DNA from: Schaalia odontolytica | Lineage (GTDB): Bacteria; Actinomycetota; Actinomycetes; Actinomycetales; Actinomycetaceae | NCBI RefSeq assembly: GCF_005696695.1 | Contig: NZ_CP040006.1 | Coordinates: forward strand, 1,470,001-1,502,000 | Direction: 5' to 3' | DNA length: 32,000 nucleotides | In this document: one piece after another, positions 1-12,123 of the stretch | Layout: each line of letters begins with the position of its first letter | Numbering within the stretch: the first letter of the stretch is position 1 | Translations under genes and position numbers: made by a program | Notes under the pieces: generated by a model | What the model saw: the letters and a program-made list of their open reading frames with translations, nothing else | Told to the model about the DNA's origin: nothing | Databases searched by the model: none

Positions 1-406
1 CAACGTTGCCGGGGTCGCGCCCCTGAGCGAGCACGACGATCGTCTCGCCAACGCTCGGCTCAGGCAGTTCGCGCGACAGCGCATCCAGGGAGGCGACTGC
101 GCAGATGCCCTGCGAGTCCCCCGACAGGGCCGCCGAGACCTCGGCGGTCACCGGATGCACCCAGCGCGTGGCGCGGCGGGCCACGTCCACGACGTCCGCG
201 TGCGTCTCCCACGCGTCCTCGCGGACGTACACGTCACGCACCGCAAACGGTCGGTGCGCAGCAAGTTCACGCACTGCCTGAGGCCCCTCGACAAGCATCA
301 GACCCGAGCGCGAACGCGCCGAGCGCCCGACCAGACCCGACACCCTGCGCACGCGATCGGCGCGGGGATTATCGAGGACGGTCAGGCGCTCGGCGGAAAA
401 GCTCAC
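1..406 (-). CDS. TrmH/SpoU-family RNA methyltransferase, N-terminal part (runs off left edge)
   Basis: Minus-strand frame is open from the window edge to a GTG at 406-404, 3 nt after the rplT stop. Translation is VSFSAERLTVLDNPRADRVRRVSGLVGRSARSRSGLMLVEGPQAVRELAAH...VVLAQGRDPGNV, which looks like the N-terminal substrate-binding region of SpoU/TrmH methyltransferases. Its position after rplT is typical of actinobacteria. It is absent from the ORF track only because it is truncated. Confidence 0.7.
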   Translation of the reverse strand, partial: MSFSAERLTVLDNPRADRVRRVSGLVGRSARSRSGLMLVEGPQAVRELAAHRPFAVRDVYVREDAWETHADVVDVARRATRWVHPVTAEVSAALSGDSQGICAVASLDALSRELPEPSVGETIVVLAQGRDPGNV

Positions 407-409
407 CTA

Positions 410-790
410 TCAGGCCTTGGGGGCGTTGATGTCGGCGGGCAGCGCGTCCTTGGCGACCTTCACCAGGGCGTTGAACGCGTTGATGTCGTTGACGGCCAGC
501 TCGGCCAGCATGCGACGGTCGACCTCGACGCCAGCCAGGTTCAGGCCCTGGATGAGGCGGTTGTAGGTCAGGCCCTGGGCGCGGGAGGCAGCGTTGATGC
601 GCTGGATCCACAGACGACGGAAGTCGCCCTTCTTAGCCTTGCGGTCGCGGTAGGAGTAGACGAAGGAGTGAGTGACCTGCTCCTTGGCCTTGCGGTACAT
701 GCGCGAGCGCTGGCCGCGGTAGCCGGAGGCCTGCTCGAGTACGGTACGACGCTTCTTCTTGGCGTTGACAGAACGCTTAACACGTGCCAT
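410..790 (-). CDS. rplT: 50S ribosomal protein L20
   Basis: 126-aa [42 protein letters not shown]... is an unmistakable L20 sequence. It lies in the conserved infC-rpmI-rplT order. Confidence 0.97.
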   Translation of the reverse strand: MARVKRSVNAKKKRRTVLEQASGYRGQRSRMYRKAKEQVTHSFVYSYRDRKAKKGDFRRLWIQRINAASRAQGLTYNRLIQGLNLAGVEVDRRMLAELAVNDINAFNALVKVAKDALPADINAPKA

Positions 791-817
791 TTTCTACTGT
801 TCTCCTCTAACTCGAGC

Positions 818-1012
818 TCACTTGCCCAGCAGACGCTTGACGCGCTTGACGTCAGCGGTCTCCAGGACCTGATCGGTCGCCAGACGACGGGTCTTACGGC
901 TGGACTTGTGCTCCAGCAGGTGGCGGGCGCCGGCCTGCTCGCGCATGATCTTGCCCGAGCCGGTCGTGCGGAAGCGCTTCTTAGCACCGGAATGAGTCTT
1001 GTTCTTCGGCAT
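818..1012 (-). CDS. rpmI: 50S ribosomal protein L35
   Basis: 64-aa [47 protein letters not shown] matches L35. ATG at 1012 is preceded by GAAGGA with 6-nt spacing. Confidence 0.97.
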   Translation of the reverse strand: MPKNKTHSGAKKRFRTTGSGKIMREQAGARHLLEHKSSRKTRRLATDQVLETADVKRVKRLLGK

Positions 1013-1048
1013 TTCTATTCCTTCGTTGTGAGGCGATGGGTATCGCCG

Positions 1049-1687
1049 TCAGTCCTGTTCGGCAGCCTTGTCGGCTGCCACTCGGGCCTGGTCCTTGCTG
1101 GCGCGCTCCGCGCGCTTGCCCCGGCGCTCAGCGCGCTCGGCCTCGCGGCGCTTGCGCTGCTCAGTCAGGGCGTCAGCCTTGCGCTTGGTGGGGGCCAGCA
1201 CCATCGTCATGTTGCGCCCGTCCTGACGGGGCATCGACTCGACGGTGGCAAGGTCACCAATCTCCTCGGCGAGGCGCTGCAGGAGGCGAACGCCAGCCTC
1301 GGGGCGAGACTGCTCTCGACCGCGGAACATGATCATGACCTTGACCTTGTCGCCGGCGGACAGGAAGCGCTCCACGTGGCCCTTCTTGACGCCGAAGTCG
1401 TGATCGTCGATCTTCAGTCGGAAGCGGATTTCCTTCAGCTGCGTGTTCGCCTGGTTGCGGCGAGCATCGCGGGCCTTCTGGGCGGCTTCGTACTTGTACT
1501 TGCCGTAATCCATGAGCTTTGCGACGGGCGGCTTGGCGTTCGGCGCAACCTCAACCAGGTCGAGCCCGGCCTCTTCGGCCAGACGCAGCGCGTCCTCAAC
1601 TCGGACGACGCCGACCTGTTCACCTCCGGGTCCCACGAGGCGAACCTCGGGGACTCGAATACGCTCATTGATGCGAGTCTCGCTGAT
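1049..1687 (-). CDS. infC: Translation initiation factor IF-3, non-canonical ATC start
   Basis: The ORF track starts at GTG 1636, but the frame stays open upstream and encodes [28 protein letters not shown], the conserved IF-3 N-terminus. ATC at 1687-1685 is preceded by GGAAGGAG (1701-1694) with 6-nt spacing. IF-3 genes classically use AUU/AUC/AUA starts. Confidence 0.9.
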   Translation of the reverse strand: MSETRINERIRVPEVRLVGPGGEQVGVVRVEDALRLAEEAGLDLVEVAPNAKPPVAKLMDYGKYKYEAAQKARDARRNQANTQLKEIRFRLKIDDHDFGVKKGHVERFLSAGDKVKVMIMFRGREQSRPEAGVRLLQRLAEEIGDLATVESMPRQDGRNMTMVLAPTKRKADALTEQRKRREAERAERRGKRAERASKDQARVAADKAAEQD

Positions 1688-1726
1688 GAGCGGCTCCTTC
1701 CACAGAATCCTTATGCGTGTAACGAA

Positions 1727-1787
1727 AAGCCTCCGTTACGCGACGCGCACGGAGGCTTCCATAGGTCAACACACACGGGTGTTGACC
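1727..1787 (-). promoter_or_regulatory. Two perfect 9-bp stem-loops in the infC 5' leader (function unknown)
   Basis: AAGCCTCCG (1727-1735) pairs with CGGAGGCTT (1750-1758). GGTCAACAC (1764-1772) pairs with GTGTTGACC (1779-1787). Both lie 40-100 nt upstream of the infC start, inside a 300-nt non-coding gap. Confidence 0.3.
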
Positions 1788-1987
1788 GTCGTACCCGATC
1801 CCCTGCGCGGCGCCCCTGATGGGCGGCATCCTCTCTGTCGAGAGGCGGGTATCCAGGTGGGATTTCTCCGCTTGCGTTCCAGGCTTTCGCCCAGACGGTC
1901 GTACCAACTGTACCAGAAACAGCACAAGAGCGCCAGATCAGCAATCATTGCGCGCCTCACGCTTTACTGGGAGCGCGCGATGCTGGT

Positions 1988-2755
1988 TCAGCGCAGGACG
2001 GGCGCGATCTCGACCCGGTCGGCCGAGGCGATAAGGCGAGGGTTGGAACCCAGGGCGCTCAGGGCGCCCGACAGGTTTTCTTTCATCGCCGAGGCATCCT
2101 CTGCCTGCGCAAATCGCTCGCGGTCCACGGACACGACGACGCGCGTGAGACCGTCGCCCGCGTAGGCGATCTCAACGTCGACGATGGCCGGGCATGCCGC
2201 AGAGGCCTCGGCGAGCAGGAGCTCGCGCAGGGCCTCGTCGCGCCAGGCGGGCAGCCACTCATCCCCCTGCGCGAGCGCTGCGACGGCGGGGCGCGGTAGC
2301 AGCACTGCGTCGGTACCCGGGTTGACGACGATGCGCCCGCCCGTCTCCACGAGGGCGGTCAGACCGATCGTGCGGAAGTCCAGGGCCATCGGACGGTCGC
2401 CGGGGCGGTGAGCGGACAGTGCCTGCGCCGACGAATAAATCGCGAGCGCCTCCCCCGCGGGGGTCTGCGCGCGCACGAAGTCGATCGGATTATGACCGTT
2501 TTCGCCGGCATGAACGCCCGTCACGCGCGGGTCGGGCTCTACGTCGATGGGAACGATCACGCGCTCAAAAATGAGAGCATCGACGAGGGCCTCAAGCCGG
2601 GCCGCTCCCCCGTCGCTCCCCTGCCCCAACGCGAGCGCCCGGGCGGTCCGAGGAAGCCCCTGCCCCACGTCTGCGCGGTCGTGGCTCATCATCGACAGGC
2701 GCTGCGCCAGTCGGTTCTTCTGTTCCTCGGTGAGAGAAGGTGGCGTGGGAGTCAT
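1988..2755 (-). CDS. SseB-family-like conserved protein
   Basis: 255-aa ORF. Its ATG (2755-2753) overlaps the priA TGA (2754-2752) as ATGA. The position between priA and infC is where actinobacterial genomes carry an SseB-family protein. The family call rests on context and general resemblance, not a motif I can verify. Confidence 0.55.
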   Translation of the reverse strand: MTPTPPSLTEEQKNRLAQRLSMMSHDRADVGQGLPRTARALALGQGSDGGAARLEALVDALIFERVIVPIDVEPDPRVTGVHAGENGHNPIDFVRAQTPAGEALAIYSSAQALSAHRPGDRPMALDFRTIGLTALVETGGRIVVNPGTDAVLLPRPAVAALAQGDEWLPAWRDEALRELLLAEASAACPAIVDVEIAYAGDGLTRVVVSVDRERFAQAEDASAMKENLSGALSALGSNPRLIASADRVEIAPVLR

Positions 2756-3477
2756 GAGAGTTCCTCGTATCCGGCAACATCCAGCGCATCGGCCAGAGTG
2801 AATGCGCCCTGGTACAGGGCCTTTCCGACGATTGCACCCTCGATACCGAGGGCACGCAAGGCTTCGATATCGGCCAGGGAGTTGACCCCACCCGAGGCGA
2901 TGATGCGTGCGGGAGTCCGGTCCGCGACGCGGGCCAACAGTTCTCGATTGGAACCGTTCATCTGACCGTCACGAGTCACGTCCGTGACGACCAGGCGGGC
3001 CACACCCGCCTCGTTCAGGACGCGCAGAGCCTCCCAGACGTTGCCGCCCTCGCCGCTTCCGCCGCGCGCGGCCAGGCGATCGCCGCGCACGTCGAGGCAC
3101 ACGGCGACGCGCTCGCCGAAAGCGTCAACGGCCTCGCCCACGGCGTCGATGTCATCGAGGGCTTGCGTCGCGATGTTGACTCGCTCGGGGCCCATCGCCA
3201 ACCCGGTCTCGATGGAGGCTCGGCTCGTGATGCCTCCCGACAGCTCGACGCGCACGGGAACCTCGCGGATCACCCGGGCGAGCATCTCAGAGTGTTCGCC
3301 GCGTCCAAACGCCAGATCCAGGTCCACGAGGTGCACCCAGCGAGCCCCGGCCTCGTCAAACGAACGGGCGACATCGAGGGGACTCCCCCAGGAGCCCTCG
3401 TCGATCGATCCGGAGGACAGGCGCACGGCCTGCCCGCCCGTCACGTCGATCGCGGGCAGCAGTTCGAGGATCGTCAT
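2752..3477 (-). CDS. priA: HisA/PriA (beta-alpha)8 phosphoribosyl isomerase
   Basis: MTILELLPAIDVTGGQAVRL...VCLDVRG...LVVTDVTRDGQMNGSN...IASGGVNSLADIEAL are the HisA/PriA signature blocks. I prefer the ATG at 3477, which forms an ATGA overlap with the upstream gene stop at 3476-3474, over the ORF-track start at 3498. Confidence 0.9.
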   Translation of the reverse strand: MTILELLPAIDVTGGQAVRLSSGSIDEGSWGSPLDVARSFDEAGARWVHLVDLDLAFGRGEHSEMLARVIREVPVRVELSGGITSRASIETGLAMGPERVNIATQALDDIDAVGEAVDAFGERVAVCLDVRGDRLAARGGSGEGGNVWEALRVLNEAGVARLVVTDVTRDGQMNGSNRELLARVADRTPARIIASGGVNSLADIEALRALGIEGAIVGKALYQGAFTLADALDVAGYEELS

Positions 3478-4121
3478 GATTGCTTGCGTCGCAGCCAACC
3501 GAAGGGGCCGCCGCCCTGGCAGCTGCCGTCGGCGGCCACGGAATCCTTGTAGTCGGCGGGCGTCGTACGCCCCAGCAGGAGGTCCTCCGTCGCCGCGGGC
3601 ATCGCACCCAGCAGCAGACCCGCGGGAATCGTCTCCTCGGGCTCGCCACCCACGTAGCGCTGGGCGGAGATGCGACCCGAGACACCCGGCTCCACGCCGT
3701 CACCTTCCACGAGCCAGCTCATGAGCGCGACCGCCCCGTACTTCGACAGGTTCGAGACGGCCCGGGCGACGCGATCCACCGCGTCGGGCATCGGACGCTG
3801 GCCGGTCAGCAGAGCGTCGAGCTCCTCCTCGTCGGTCGGCGTCGTCTCAACGCGCAGCCACACCGCGGTCCACGGCTTGAGACGCACGATCGACTCACGC
3901 ACGCCCGTCAGAGCGAGCAGCGAATGCAGCGCCTCCGGGTAGGAAATAGGGGCGAGCACGAGGGCAACCGACAGGCGGCCACCCTCCAGGTGCAGGGACT
4001 CGTCAACGGGAGTGTCGTCCGGATCGAGGGACGGCAGAGGATCGCCCGCGGCGGGCGTCGATCCCAGCGATGCAACCAGCGACTGGAACTCCGCGTCGAT
4101 ATCGTCGTTGTGAGCGCTCAC
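3474..4121 (-). CDS. Hypothetical acidic protein, 215 aa, unrecognised family
   Basis: GTG at 4121 is preceded by AGGAGG with 4-nt spacing. The 3' end is coupled to priA by an ATGA overlap. No motif that I recognise, and no glutamine-amidotransferase (HisH) signature despite sitting in the hisH-like slot. Confidence 0.65.
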   Translation of the reverse strand: MSAHNDDIDAEFQSLVASLGSTPAAGDPLPSLDPDDTPVDESLHLEGGRLSVALVLAPISYPEALHSLLALTGVRESIVRLKPWTAVWLRVETTPTDEEELDALLTGQRPMPDAVDRVARAVSNLSKYGAVALMSWLVEGDGVEPGVSGRISAQRYVGGEPEETIPAGLLLGAMPAATEDLLLGRTTPADYKDSVAADGSCQGGGPFGWLRRKQS

Positions 4122-4213
4122 CGCTCCTCCTTATACTGTGTGTCTCTACCCAAGGATACTGTTCATCCACGCCCTCGCGCGTGATGCGCTCTCCACCAGC
4201 GAAAGGATTCACC

Positions 4214-4444
4214 ATGAGCACACCGACGATCCCCGTGCGCGGGGAGATCAAGCTCGGCCAATTCGTCAAGCTCGCCTCCCTCGCGGAAGACGGCGCACAG
4301 GCCCGCGAACTCATCCAGGCCGGCGACGTGACCGTCAACGGCGAGGTGGAGACGCGCCGCGGCCATCACCTGAGCGCCGGCGACCTCGTCGAGGTCGACG
4401 CACCCTGGGGCAAGGCCTCAGCGATCGTCGGATCCGCCTCCTAA
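4214..4444 (+). CDS. Small S4-domain RNA-binding protein (YbcJ-like)
   Basis: 76-aa MSTPTIPVRGEIKLGQFVKLASLAEDGAQARELIQAGDVTVNGEVETRRGHHLSAGDLVEV fits the S4/YbcJ fold pattern. ATG at 4214 follows GAAAGGA. The upstream part of ORF 4070-4444 is discarded. Confidence 0.8.
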   Translation: MSTPTIPVRGEIKLGQFVKLASLAEDGAQARELIQAGDVTVNGEVETRRGHHLSAGDLVEVDAPWGKASAIVGSAS

Positions 4445-4461
4445 GCACCCCCGTCGACGAC

Positions 4462-4492
4462 GCGAGCCGAGTCCCACCGGGGCCCGGCTCGC
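4462..4492. terminator. Stem-loop between convergent S4-domain gene and dnaE
   Basis: GCGAGCCG (4462-4469) pairs with CGGCTCGC (4485-4492), with partial internal CCC/GGG pairing. It lies in the 54-nt gap between two convergent stop codons. No clear U-tract. Confidence 0.4.
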
Positions 4493-4498
4493 ATCATG

Positions 4499-8041
<3,543 letters not shown>

Positions 8042-8170
8042 GCGTTGATTCTACTGTCCGAGGCCCGCGCACCCACGGTGAACGCCCCGAGCGGAGCGGT
8101 CGTTCATCTCACGGCGTGACAGCCACGACGAGGCCGGGGCAGGGAAGCGCGGAAACCTCACCAACGGGGG

Positions 8171-9088
8171 TCAGTCGCGCGGGTGGCGCAGCTCCTCGAG
8201 AGCATCGGCGAGATCATCCGGATAGGGACTGGACACGCTCATCGGCATGCCCGTGCGAGGGTGGGCAAATCCGAGTCGAACGGCGTGCAGCCACTGGCGG
8301 GTGAGCCCCAGGCGCTCCGCCTGGGTCGGGTCAGCGCCGTAGAACGTGTCACCCACGCACGGGTGCCCGACGGCGGCCATGTGCACGCGGATCTGGTGGG
8401 TGCGTCCCGTCTCCAGGTGCACCTCGGTGAGCTGAGCTCCCGCCATGAGCTCGAGGGTGTCGTAGTGGGTGACGGCGCGCTTGCCACCGTCGATGACGGC
8501 CATGCGCCATTCGCGCGAAGGATGACGACCGATCGGAGCGTCGATCGTGCCCGAGGCCGGGTCAAGGTGCCCTGCCACAACGGCGTGATACACCTTTTCG
8601 ATCGTGCGTTCTTTGAACGCACGCTTCATGACGGTGTAGGCGAGCTCGGACTTGGCGACCATCATCGCCCCCGAAGTACCCACGTCAAGCCGGTGTACGA
8701 TGCCCTGGCGCTCTGGGGGCCCGTAGCTGGTGATGCGATATCCGGCCGCCTCCAGGTTGCCCAGGACCGTGGGGCCTTCCCAACCGGGGCCGGTGTGTGC
8801 GGCGACGCCGACGGGCTTATCGACGACGACGATATCCTCGTCGTCGTAGAGAATCGCCATGTCGGTGACCGGCGTCGGCTTGCTCTCCGGTTCCGGGATG
8901 GTGACCTCGATGATGTCGAGGGCCCCGAGGCGATCGGATTTGCCGGCGGCAACGCCGTTGATGAGGACGTGCCCCTCCCCCGCCAGCTCCGCGCAGCGAG
9001 AGCGCGACAGGCCGAGCATGCGGGCCAGAGCGGCATCGATCCTCTCACCCACGAGGGCGTCGGGGACGGGAAGCATACGGGAACTCAC
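8171..9088 (-). CDS. rluD: RluA/RluD-family 23S rRNA pseudouridine synthase
   Basis: N-terminal S4-like segment, then the [15 protein letters not shown] catalytic motif and the HQIRVH block. GTG at 9088 overlaps the lspA stop as GTGA. An ATG at 9076 is an alternative start. Confidence 0.9.
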   Translation of the reverse strand: MSSRMLPVPDALVGERIDAALARMLGLSRSRCAELAGEGHVLINGVAAGKSDRLGALDIIEVTIPEPESKPTPVTDMAILYDDEDIVVVDKPVGVAAHTGPGWEGPTVLGNLEAAGYRITSYGPPERQGIVHRLDVGTSGAMMVAKSELAYTVMKRAFKERTIEKVYHAVVAGHLDPASGTIDAPIGRHPSREWRMAVIDGGKRAVTHYDTLELMAGAQLTEVHLETGRTHQIRVHMAAVGHPCVGDTFYGADPTQAERLGLTRQWLHAVRLGFAHPRTGMPMSVSSPYPDDLADALEELRHPRD

Positions 9089-9588
9089 TGGGCGTCCTCC
9101 TTCGACGGTTCACGGGAGAGCGCGAGGGCCAGCAAAGGAGCCCCGAGGACGATCCAAATGTCTGCAACATTGCCGACGAACCAGTTGCCGTAGGCGATGA
9201 AGTCGGTGACATGACCGACGCCGAAGCCGGGTTCGGCAGTCAGTCGGTCGATCAGGTTTCCAACGGCGCCGCCCGCCAGCAGCGCGATCGCCAGCAGGGT
9301 CGAGGCTCGGTGGACGCGACGCGCCATCACGACCAGCACGCCGATGATGACGACAGTGAAGATCGTGAGAATCCACGTCTTGCCGGCAGCGAAGGAGAAC
9401 GCGGCACCCGAATTGTGCACGAGGGACAGCGACAGCCACTGCCCGATGAGCGGGCGCGGCCCCTGGCCGTCGAGGGCGGTCCGCGCCCACATCTTTGACA
9501 CCTGATCGGTGGCAATAGCGGCAGCGAACACGAGGCCCGCGTACATCCACGTCGCGCGGGTGTGGGTCGGGTGCGAGGAGTCAGCCAT
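9085..9588 (-). CDS. lspA: Lipoprotein signal peptidase II
   Basis: 167-aa membrane protein with [11 protein letters not shown] and GNLIDRL...VTDFI motifs typical of LspA. Confidence 0.9.
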   Translation of the reverse strand: MADSSHPTHTRATWMYAGLVFAAAIATDQVSKMWARTALDGQGPRPLIGQWLSLSLVHNSGAAFSFAAGKTWILTIFTVVIIGVLVVMARRVHRASTLLAIALLAGGAVGNLIDRLTAEPGFGVGHVTDFIAYGNWFVGNVADIWIVLGAPLLALALSREPSKEDAQ

Positions 9589-9608
9589 GGTTCCCTATCT
9601 TAAACGAG

Positions 9609-9642
9609 CGGCGGCGGCGCACCACGAAGTGCACCGCCGCCG
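9609..9642 (-). terminator. Candidate intrinsic terminator after divIVA
   Basis: 14-bp GC-rich stem (9609-9622 with 9629-9642), loop CACGAA. The single imperfection is a G-U wobble only in the minus-strand (divIVA-sense) RNA. The stem is followed in that sense by CUCGUUUAAG. It starts 17 nt after the divIVA stop. Confidence 0.5.
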
Positions 9643-9658
9643 GTCAAAGCGATTGCGA

Positions 9659-10240
9659 TCAGTTCTCGCCGTTGTCGACCTCTTTGAGGAGGGTCTCGAG
9701 GTGGTTGCGCAGGTTCGAACGGTACTCGGCCTCGAAGGTACGCAGACCGTTGATCTTGTTCTCGAGCAGCTCGCGCTCCTGGTCGAGCTGGGAGAGCAGC
9801 GAGTCCTTCTGCTTCTGGGCGTCGGCGATGATCGCGTCGCGCTGGGCGTTGGCCTCGGCGATGATCTTCGCGGACTGCTCTTCGCCGTCGCGCACGTACT
9901 CGTCGTGGACGCGCTGGGCGAGGGCCAGCATGGAGGTGGCGGACTCCGCGTCCTGCGGGCCGGTGAGGGCCGGGGCGGCGGGTGCCGGGGTCTCGACGAC
10001 CGGGGCTGCCACGGGGGCGGGGGTCTCAGCCGGCGCGTAGTCGGAGTTGGACAGCTCGGCAATGCGGCGCTCAGCGGCCTCGAGCTTTTCCTTCAGATCC
10101 TGGTTCTCCATCTGCAGGGAGTAGATGGTGGAGACAACCTCGTCGAGGAACTCATCAACCTCGTCCTGGTCGTATCCCTCGCGGAACTTGACGTACTGGA
10201 ACTTCTTGTTGAGGACATCCTCGGTGGTGAGCAGGGCCAT
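9659..10240 (-). CDS. divIVA: DivIVA/Wag31 polar growth and division protein
   Basis: MALLTTEDVLNKKFQYVKFREGYDQDEVDEFLDEV is the canonical DivIVA N-terminus, followed by coiled-coil sequence. I prefer the ATG at 10240 over the ORF-track start at 10318. Confidence 0.9.
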   Translation of the reverse strand: MALLTTEDVLNKKFQYVKFREGYDQDEVDEFLDEVVSTIYSLQMENQDLKEKLEAAERRIAELSNSDYAPAETPAPVAAPVVETPAPAAPALTGPQDAESATSMLALAQRVHDEYVRDGEEQSAKIIAEANAQRDAIIADAQKQKDSLLSQLDQERELLENKINGLRTFEAEYRSNLRNHLETLLKEVDNGEN

Positions 10241-10412
10241 TTCTTCGCCTCTCGGTCGTTTCGATTGGACGCGCGGAAGCCGCACGCCTGGACGACCGGG
10301 AAGGTCGCCCGCTATCACGTCACGAAAATAATAACTGAAATTGTCACACTAGCAACATCCATCACGAGGTGAGGGTCGTTTTTGTGGGACCTCTCATCCC
10401 CCTTTTTGAGCA

Positions 10413-10724
10413 CTACAGGCTCAAAAAGTACAGGAAAGTAGCGAAGCGCTGCCCAACGATAAGCACCAGGAATAAGAGCATGAAACCGACATCGATTGCC
10501 ATGCCTCCACCCAGGCGCAGGGGCGGAACGAAGCGCCCGATCCAACGAATCGGAGGATCAGTCAGCGCGTAGAGAACATTCGCGAGGACCAGCAGAATGC
10601 CACTCGGGCGCCATCCGCGCGCGAAAAACTGAACCCAGTCCAGAATGACGCGCGCGAACAGCACCATCATGTAGAGGTTGATGAGAACGCTCAGTCCCCA
10701 CCCGATCCAGCCAAGAATGGCCAC
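10413..10724 (-). CDS. YggT-family membrane protein
   Basis: 103-aa hydrophobic protein with FARVILDWV and the LTDPPIRWIGRFVPP motif typical of YggT/Ycf19. GTG start lies 6 nt after a GAGG. It sits in the conserved slot between sepF and divIVA. Confidence 0.85.
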   Translation of the reverse strand: MAILGWIGWGLSVLINLYMMVLFARVILDWVQFFARGWRPSGILLVLANVLYALTDPPIRWIGRFVPPLRLGGGMAIDVGFMLLFLVLIVGQRFATFLYFLSL

Positions 10725-10732
10725 GAGCGACC

Positions 10733-11185
10733 TCAGCCCTGGTTATAGAGGGAACCGCGACGGCCGGAGGTGTTATCGCCCGCAACCTCGACAGTGGCCG
10801 GGGACAGGAGGAAGACACGATTGGTGACACGCTCGATGACGCCGTGCAGGCCGAAGGTCAGGCCAGCTGCGAAGTCAACCAGTCGACGCGCCTCTTCCTC
10901 ACCCATGTCCGTGAGGTTGATGATGACGGGCGTACCATCGCGGAACGCCTCACCGATCGTGACCGCGTCAGAGTAGGCGGTGGGGTGGATCGTCACAATG
11001 CGAGTGAGATCCTCGGCCGGCTCGTCACGGCGAATGCTGGTCAGGGTCGGACGGGACACGGGAGTAATGTCGGCCACGGGAGCTACCTCTTCCACCTCGT
11101 CGAATTCGTCGAATTCATCGATGGGCTCCTCCGGTGAGTACCAGCCCATAAACTTACGTGCGCGTGCACCGAACGACTCGCTCAT
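10733..11185 (-). CDS. sepF: Cell division protein SepF
   Basis: [21 protein letters not shown]-terminal membrane-targeting helix. The C-terminal domain reads [32 protein letters not shown]...[23 protein letters not shown] at 11185 is preceded by GAAGGAGG with 5-nt spacing. The ORF-track start at 11266 is rejected. Confidence 0.9.
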   Translation of the reverse strand: MSESFGARARKFMGWYSPEEPIDEFDEFDEVEEVAPVADITPVSRPTLTSIRRDEPAEDLTRIVTIHPTAYSDAVTIGEAFRDGTPVIINLTDMGEEEARRLVDFAAGLTFGLHGVIERVTNRVFLLSPATVEVAGDNTSGRRGSLYNQG

Positions 11186-11364
11186 TGTTCCTCCTTCAGC
11201 CGATGCATAGCCACAAGCTACAGTTACCGAGCGGCATCGCCGAGCAGGGCGCTCGGCGCGTCGCAAGGACCGTGCCGGCGAGCCTCGTCACGGGGTGTTT
11301 CCGCGCCGAACCATGGCGCAGGAAAGCAGCCGACTCGCGGCCCATTCGGAGGTGTAGGCCCCAG

Positions 11365-12123
11365 TCAGGCGGGAACGATAATGAGAGCCTGGCGACCGCA
11401 GGACGAGTCAGCGCGATACGAGAAGAGGTCGGCGTCCTCGAGGGTGCAGCGCTCGTCGATATCCACTCGCACGCCCCGGGCTCCCAGGGCCGAGGCTGCA
11501 GCGCCTGGCAGGTCGAGGGCAGGGGTGTCCCACGACGTGACAGAACGGATGCCGGGCATGAGTTCTTCGCTCTCATCGGCCATGTCGGCGGGCACCTCGT
11601 AGCAGCGCCCGCAGATCGCCGGGCCGATCAAGGCGTTGATCGGGCCGCCGTCGAGGCTACGGATGCGGTCAATGGTCTTGTCAAGGATCCCGCCGAGAAG
11701 GCCGCGCCGACCCGCGTGCACGGCTGCGACGATCTGACCGGAGGCGGCGGAGAACACGACGGGCAGGCAATCCGCGGTCTGCACGGCGAGGGCAGGAGCG
11801 TCCTGCCAGTCGCGGGCGTCGACGATGATGCCGTCGGCGTCGACGGGCCCCCACTCCCCCGTCGCAGGCTTACCGAGCGTCTCTCCGGAAGCCGCCAGAG
11901 TGGGCGCGCTCTCGCCTCGAATGATGAGCTCCACCCGGGTCGAATGAGTCTGATCCATCCAGACAATATCGCGTCCGAGCGTCGCCGCCAGTGCACGCCT
12001 GCGATCGCGCACGAGCGGCTCCCGGTCGCCCACATGGAGGCCAACATTGCCGCATAGCGCGCCGGTGCCCGGGTCCACCTCGGTGAGGTGGACCCGGGCA
12101 CCGGCCCAGAGCTTGTCACTCAT
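11365..12123 (-). CDS. pgeF: PgeF/YfiH (DUF152) peptidoglycan editing factor / laccase-domain protein
   Basis: 252 aa with the QTHS, TADCLPV and CGRCYEV motifs of the YfiH family. Its ATG shares one base with the ftsZ TGA (TGATG). Confidence 0.85.
   Translation of the reverse strand: MSDKLWAGARVHLTEVDPGTGALCGNVGLHVGDREPLVRDRRRALAATLGRDIVWMDQTHSTRVELIIRGESAPTLAASGETLGKPATGEWGPVDADGIIVDARDWQDAPALAVQTADCLPVVFSAASGQIVAAVHAGRRGLLGGILDKTIDRIRSLDGGPINALIGPAICGRCYEVPADMADESEELMPGIRSVTSWDTPALDLPGAAASALGARGVRVDIDERCTLEDADLFSYRADSSCGRQALIIVPA

Noticed and set aside
155-1819. 554-aa plus-strand ORF
   Set aside because: It runs antisense across four independently recognisable genes (trmH-like, rplT, rpmI, infC) and their intergenic gaps. 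It has no RBS and a low-complexity translation.
1946-1982. Imperfect hairpin just after the SseB-like gene stop as a terminator
   Set aside because: In the gene-sense RNA the stem carries an A-C mismatch that leaves only a 6-bp GC core with a 17-nt loop, and there is no U-tract. That is too weak to call.
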